Shown piece after piece: positions 35,301 to 39,582 of a stretch of 39,582 nt of DNA (positions are counted from its first letter, which is position 1; every line of letters begins with the position of its first letter). Made by a program: the position numbers and the translations under genes. The notes under the pieces were generated by a model, which saw only the letters and a list, made by a program, of their open reading frames with translations, did no database searches and was not told the origin of the DNA. Source of the stretch: Atractiella rhizophila (Eukaryota); contig MU271610.1 in the NCBI GenBank assembly GCA_021432655.1, positions 1-39,582 on the forward strand, written 5' to 3'.

Positions 35301-35650
35301 GCCCAGCATTTCAAGGATAACGACGGGAGAAGCGTAAGGGCCAGGGATGGATAGATAGATAACAGCCATAGACCGATTCGAACGGATTTGGAGAAGTGAA
35401 GAGGTCAAGGCAAATGTGATTTATAACCCGACATGATGACTGTTCCTTAGCCTTCTCCGACAGAAACTACCATTCCACCGGTCTCTTAACACTGCCAATA
35501 AGTAAAAGAAAAGGCGTACCTGGCAAGACAGACAGGACGGACACCTTCATAACAACTTCCACCGACTCCTTATCGTCTTCGCACGTCATGCCCGGTTTTG
35601 GTGACTCCAATAATGCGTCTTCTGTGCCATCAGGATCAAGGTCACAGAGG
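32390..35650 (-). pseudogene. Fragmented exon-like segments of one or more hypothetical, probably decayed genes
   Basis: Protein-like stretches, several bounded by splice-like signals (32390-32596, 32638-32940, 33542-33832, 34088-34732, 35070-35270, 35520-35650); some carry internal stops. YHLAAKLKITQLK resembles a BTB C-terminal helix. No coherent model could be built. Confidence 0.3.
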
Positions 35651-36220
35651 TTTCATAATTAGGATATCAAAAAGTCGCCCCAATGGGAAGGAAGGAGAGA
35701 ATATCAAAGTGGGAAAAGAGAGTCACAGGTGGCCTGGAAATAAGGCTCGATTTTTATCGACGTGATGGAGTTGGGTCCGGAAATTAGAGGCATGGGTTTA
35801 TGAGTTGTGGGTGGTGGCATCATTTAGCAGTAATGAATGACAAACATGGACCCTATTCAGCCGCCCTGCTTCTGTAGGACCCTGTGATGTGATCTTGGCA
35901 GGTCGTGAAGGTTTTGTTGACATCAATGAAGTTTAACCTTGCATTTTGAATAAATAATCGCATTTCGTTCGGGAGGTATTTTGGACTACTGTACACCAGC
36001 GAGCCAATTCTTGGACTTCCGTGGTTGTGCTAGCCCCCGAGCCAGACTCCACTAGATATTTGGAAAACGATGCTTTGCAAAAATCATGTGCGTACGCTAC
36101 ATTGGTAATATGAATTACTGCATCATTACAAATTTAAGAAAGCAAACCCATCCAAAATCCAGCAGCGCTGGAGTCTGCAACCGGAACGGTTCGAAACCCG
36201 ATCCGACCATTTCTGAACGC

Positions 36221-36493
36221 AAATATTTCAACCACAACAGCTCATACACCGTTGGAGTAAGCGCGAATCCGGATAGTCTTAGCAAAAGATTGGTTTGCGC
36301 GCTTTTTTGGTGAGTTTTCGTTGCATGTAACCATCTTTGCAGGTCTATATTTCGCTACATACGAGCTATTGAGCTCCATGGAGCCCATGTACGACCTCTT
36401 TCTTCTATTCTCGCATACCCACCGAGCATGACAACCGTCCACCGCACCCTACTAGCGTCTTACCAACCCCTCTTCTCGGTCGGTAGCCTCTCA
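36221..36493 (-). repeat. 273-bp inverted repeat, left arm
   Basis: Reverse complement of 37181-37453 with no indel and no mismatch seen. Both arms encode the identical 66-aa ORF in the track. Confidence 0.97.
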
Positions 36494-37180
36494 AACTGTG
36501 CGACGAAGATAAGAATGGGCTCTCGTGCTTTTATAAGGTGATATTAGCATATGTGGTGTGGCATAGGTGGCATAAGCCATCAATGAGTCATGCTGGTGAC
36601 TCAACTTGTACATGGAGTTTTTAAGCTGGCAGCAGTTTCTACATTGCAATATGTCCCATGTGTAGCTACCTGAATAAATACCTTCTGTAATCAAGATTTC
36701 ACACTTGTAAGCTGACCTGCAATGTGCGAACGCATCCGACGTGAACAGAATGGGAACCTAGAAAAACTCAATACGCGCCGATTTCTCTCCGAGAGGCAGG
36801 GATACGGAGGTGAAGCCTTGGTTGGTGGATCTGGCGAGTTGGTGATATTCTTTCGCAAGGAGCATGGCAGCCTTCGTATTTCGTTCTAAGAGTCTCGTAG
36901 ACTCTGTCGAACGGTTGGAGGTGTCGTCCAAGTGAAGGAGAGACAAATTGCGCTGGAAAGGCGGAGGAACGACCGTTCCTAATCGTGCTTGCAGGAGCTG
37001 GCGATCGACATGGATTTTGTTTGTAAGCATCACTAGACCTGTTTTAGATCGTTAGCGACCTTTCAGAGGTAGACAGAGAAGAAAGGGAGGGAGGTGAAAG
37101 GATGGTACTAGAGAGGAGCGATGGATTGGGCGCAAGAGCTCTGAAAACAGTCACAGAGAATCTGTGGGCCCTTTCTTATC

Positions 37181-37453
37181 TGAGAGGCTACCGACCGAGA
37201 AGAGGGGTTGGTAAGACGCTAGTAGGGTGCGGTGGACGGTTGTCATGCTCGGTGGGTATGCGAGAATAGAAGAAAGAGGTCGTACATGGGCTCCATGGAG
37301 CTCAATAGCTCGTATGTAGCGAAATATAGACCTGCAAAGATGGTTACATGCAACGAAAACTCACCAAAAAAGCGCGCAAACCAATCTTTTGCTAAGACTA
37401 TCCGGATTCGCGCTTACTCCAACGGTGTATGAGCTGTTGTGGTTGAAATATTT
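37181..37453 (+). repeat. 273-bp inverted repeat, right arm; possible terminal repeat of the downstream element
   Basis: TGAGAGGCTACC...GGTTGAAATATTT. 687-bp spacer to the left arm; ends 226 bp before the Gag-like ATG. Confidence 0.97.
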
Positions 37454-37679
37454 TGTGGCAGAAAAGACTGAAGTGAGTCATGAGCGAAAGATCTTTTCCG
37501 CCCTTCCAACAAATTGTAGAATGCGAAGTGAGGTCATTGCTTGTTTTCACAACCACTTCGCCATTCCCTCTCAGCAGATCAGCTCACTCAAGTGAGTTTT
37601 CACGCGTCCTAAAAGCGCAAAAACTTCATTCGGCACCCCCCAACAGCTCTCCTTCTCTAGATTCACTCAGTTCAAGATA

Positions 37680-39582
37680 ATGGCCGATATGGCAGGAAAC
37701 GATGGCGGGAGTGGAGGGCAAGGCGGAATGACGTCCTCTGAGTCTCTGGAGAACTTGTTTGCAGGAGGCATGTCTGGCGCTTCGGGAAACAATTGGGGAG
37801 AGAGAGGATTGGCAAGTGGTCTGAGAGAAGGAGAAGGAAGAGAAGGGATAGGAAGCCAGGCAACGGAGGGTGGTGTTGTATCGGGTTCGCACGCGTCCGG
37901 ACCCGGTGGCGTGGAATCAGGAGCAGGAAATGCGGAAAACGCGTCGGATCGAGTTTTCTTCGACTCCCTACAACGCCTGGCTAAGGAAGGGCGACTTCAA
38001 GGCATCCTGAACGCGTCGGGCTGGGTGAATACTTCAGAATCGGCATCGCAGGTAGCCACCACCAAGTTCCTCGATTCTATCGGCAATCTTGTCCAAAATC
38101 TCACCAGCTCAGTTACGAAGGAGAAAGAAAAGGAGGGAGGAATGTCTGTGATAGATGGGACAGCAAGAGTTTCAGGCGCGTGTCCTCCAGTGAGTGTTTC
38201 ATTTGTTGTCGGGACAATGATGCTTGGAGTTTTGGGCGTCCGCCAGTTAGCTGGCGTTGCGCGTGCAGTACTGGTTAGCCGGGCTGCAGAAGCTGTTCTG
38301 TCAGCCTGCGTTGCGTTTTGCGTTAGAGCATTTAGCTCAGTTAAGAAATATACAACTGTGTAGGCAGTTGTAAAGCGTCGCGTCACTGGTTAGCCAGTTC
38401 TTGCAGCGGTCTCGGCAGCTGCATTGCGTTGCAGTACTGGTTGGCCAGCTTTTCTTGCGCAGTTGTGTTGACAACTGCATTCTTTGCGTTACTGGTTAGC
38501 CAGTTAGTGCAGCTGTGTTGGCAGCCGCCATGCGTTGCGTTACCCGTTAGCAGGTTAATAGAGCTGTGTTGACAGCTGCCTGCGTTGCGTTACAGGTAGC
38601 GGGATTGTGTTGGGAGACTGCATTATGTCCCAGTTTCTTGTGTTAATACAGTTGTGTTTGTAGACTGTCATGGTGTGCTGCGTTTCACAGGGGATTGTGA
38701 TGGAGAATGGAGCTGATGAAATGTGCGGTGAAACAGTGGCTGCATGTCAAGTTGTATGAACATGCGAAGAAGAATCCGCACGCGTTCCTCGAAATGGCCG
38801 CCTATTCGCCCGGATTCAACAAAACGCGTACCCCCAACATGTCAGACAAAGTCGCAATCGATCTCAACCTCGGCACCACAGTTTACGCCACCAACTCGGT
38901 GGAACATATCCTGAAGAACTTCAAAGGGAAGGACAAGCTGCTCTCCTTCGATGAATGGTACAGGGCGGCGAAGGTCCTGTTGAGAATTTTTCGAGAGGCA
39001 GAGGACAAGCACGAAGGAGCGGCGGCGTGTTGGGAAAGATACATTGATTTGGTGGAGGGTATCTACTACGGCGAGGGGAGAGGATCGGCAGAGAACTGGC
39101 CGGTCATCCGCGACGCAGATATTCGCCACAGGAATCAACACGCAGTTTCAGGCAAGGATCTGGGGAACGGATCGAGAGCGTGGCCCGATATCAGCAACTC
39201 GGCTGTGTTCGAGTCGCTGTATCAGTCGGTGGTACGAGAATCGCTGCATTCGATTGTCTCAAGACCAACCGCGACGCCTTTTCCTTCACCCTCGAATCGC
39301 GCACCTTCTCAGAGAAACGGCCAGCCCTTTCGGAGCGGCTCCACGTCTCCCTACGAGAGACGCCAATCGGCAGCGGGTAGCGTTGCCTTTAGCTGTTGCA
39401 TCCAGTGTGGAAAGGATAAAGCGGTCTGCGGTAGTAGGACATGTAGGTCGATTGTAGTGTGCAGCGGTTATGTGGCTGAGCTCAAGAATAGGGCAGTGGT
39501 GCAAGGAGTCAACCACAGTTGCAGGAAAGCCCATCAAGAAGCAGTCCCTCCCTCGTTCCGCTCTCCTCGACCCCCAAGGACG
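37680..39582 (+). CDS. Spliced Gag-like protein (exon 37680-38189, intron 38190-38736, exon 38737 to window end)
   Basis: Donor CCA|GTGAGT, branch CTGAT at ~38713, acceptor AACAG|TGG, in-frame phase-0 join (GACPP|WLHVKLYE). Exon 2 is stop-free for 282 codons (not in the ORF track) with LSFDEWYRA, CWERYIDLV, WPVIRDADIRHR, QPFRSG and a Cys cluster CCIQCG..C....C. Confidence 0.7.
38245..38620 (+). repeat. Degenerate minisatellite, ~50-57-bp unit, about 7 copies
   Basis: Core ACTGGTTAGCC(AGTT) or variants at 38270, ~38325, 38385, 38436, 38491, 38542 and 38592, each followed by GCAGCTGTGTTG...GCGTTGCGTT-like sequence. Confidence 0.85.

Larger units (their letters stand above)
37181..39582 (+). 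mobile_element. 5' part of a probable tyrosine-recombinase (DIRS/Ngaro-like) retrotransposon
   Basis: A repeated terminal-like sequence followed by a Gag-like ORF. RT, RNase H and YR are not inside the window, so the class is inferred from recalled Gag resemblance only. Confidence 0.55.

Noticed and set aside
36242..37432. Duplicated 66-aa ORF (36242-36442 and 37232-37432) as a gene pair
   Set aside because: GTG start, no motif; a by-product of the inverted repeat.
37181..37470. Classical LTR with primer-binding site
   Set aside because: Begins TG, but the shared repeat does not end in CA, no convincing PBS follows, and the second copy is inverted rather than direct.

Overview
Intron-rich fungal genomic DNA, probably basidiomycete (inferred from dense ~45-50 nt GT-AG introns and gene content). 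Left to right: the 3' part of a very long E/A/R/K alpha-helical repeat protein gene built from tandem exon+intron units (22 phase-0 introns); an F-box/LRR pseudogene; THG1 (tRNA-His guanylyltransferase) head-to-head with a secreted M28 leucine aminopeptidase, whose shared ~128-bp promoter and both 5' ends are tandemly duplicated (~503 bp); a TOK-type two-pore K+ channel; a secreted aldose 1-epimerase; a HET-C family protein; a putative tail-anchored protein; an SDR, an FAD monooxygenase and an M20 amidohydrolase; a region of decayed exon-like fragments; a perfect 273-bp inverted repeat; and a spliced Gag-like ORF (probably DIRS/Ngaro-type tyrosine-recombinase retroelement) whose 547-nt intron holds a ~50-57-bp minisatellite and which runs off the window. 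Splice models were built by hand and no database search was run.
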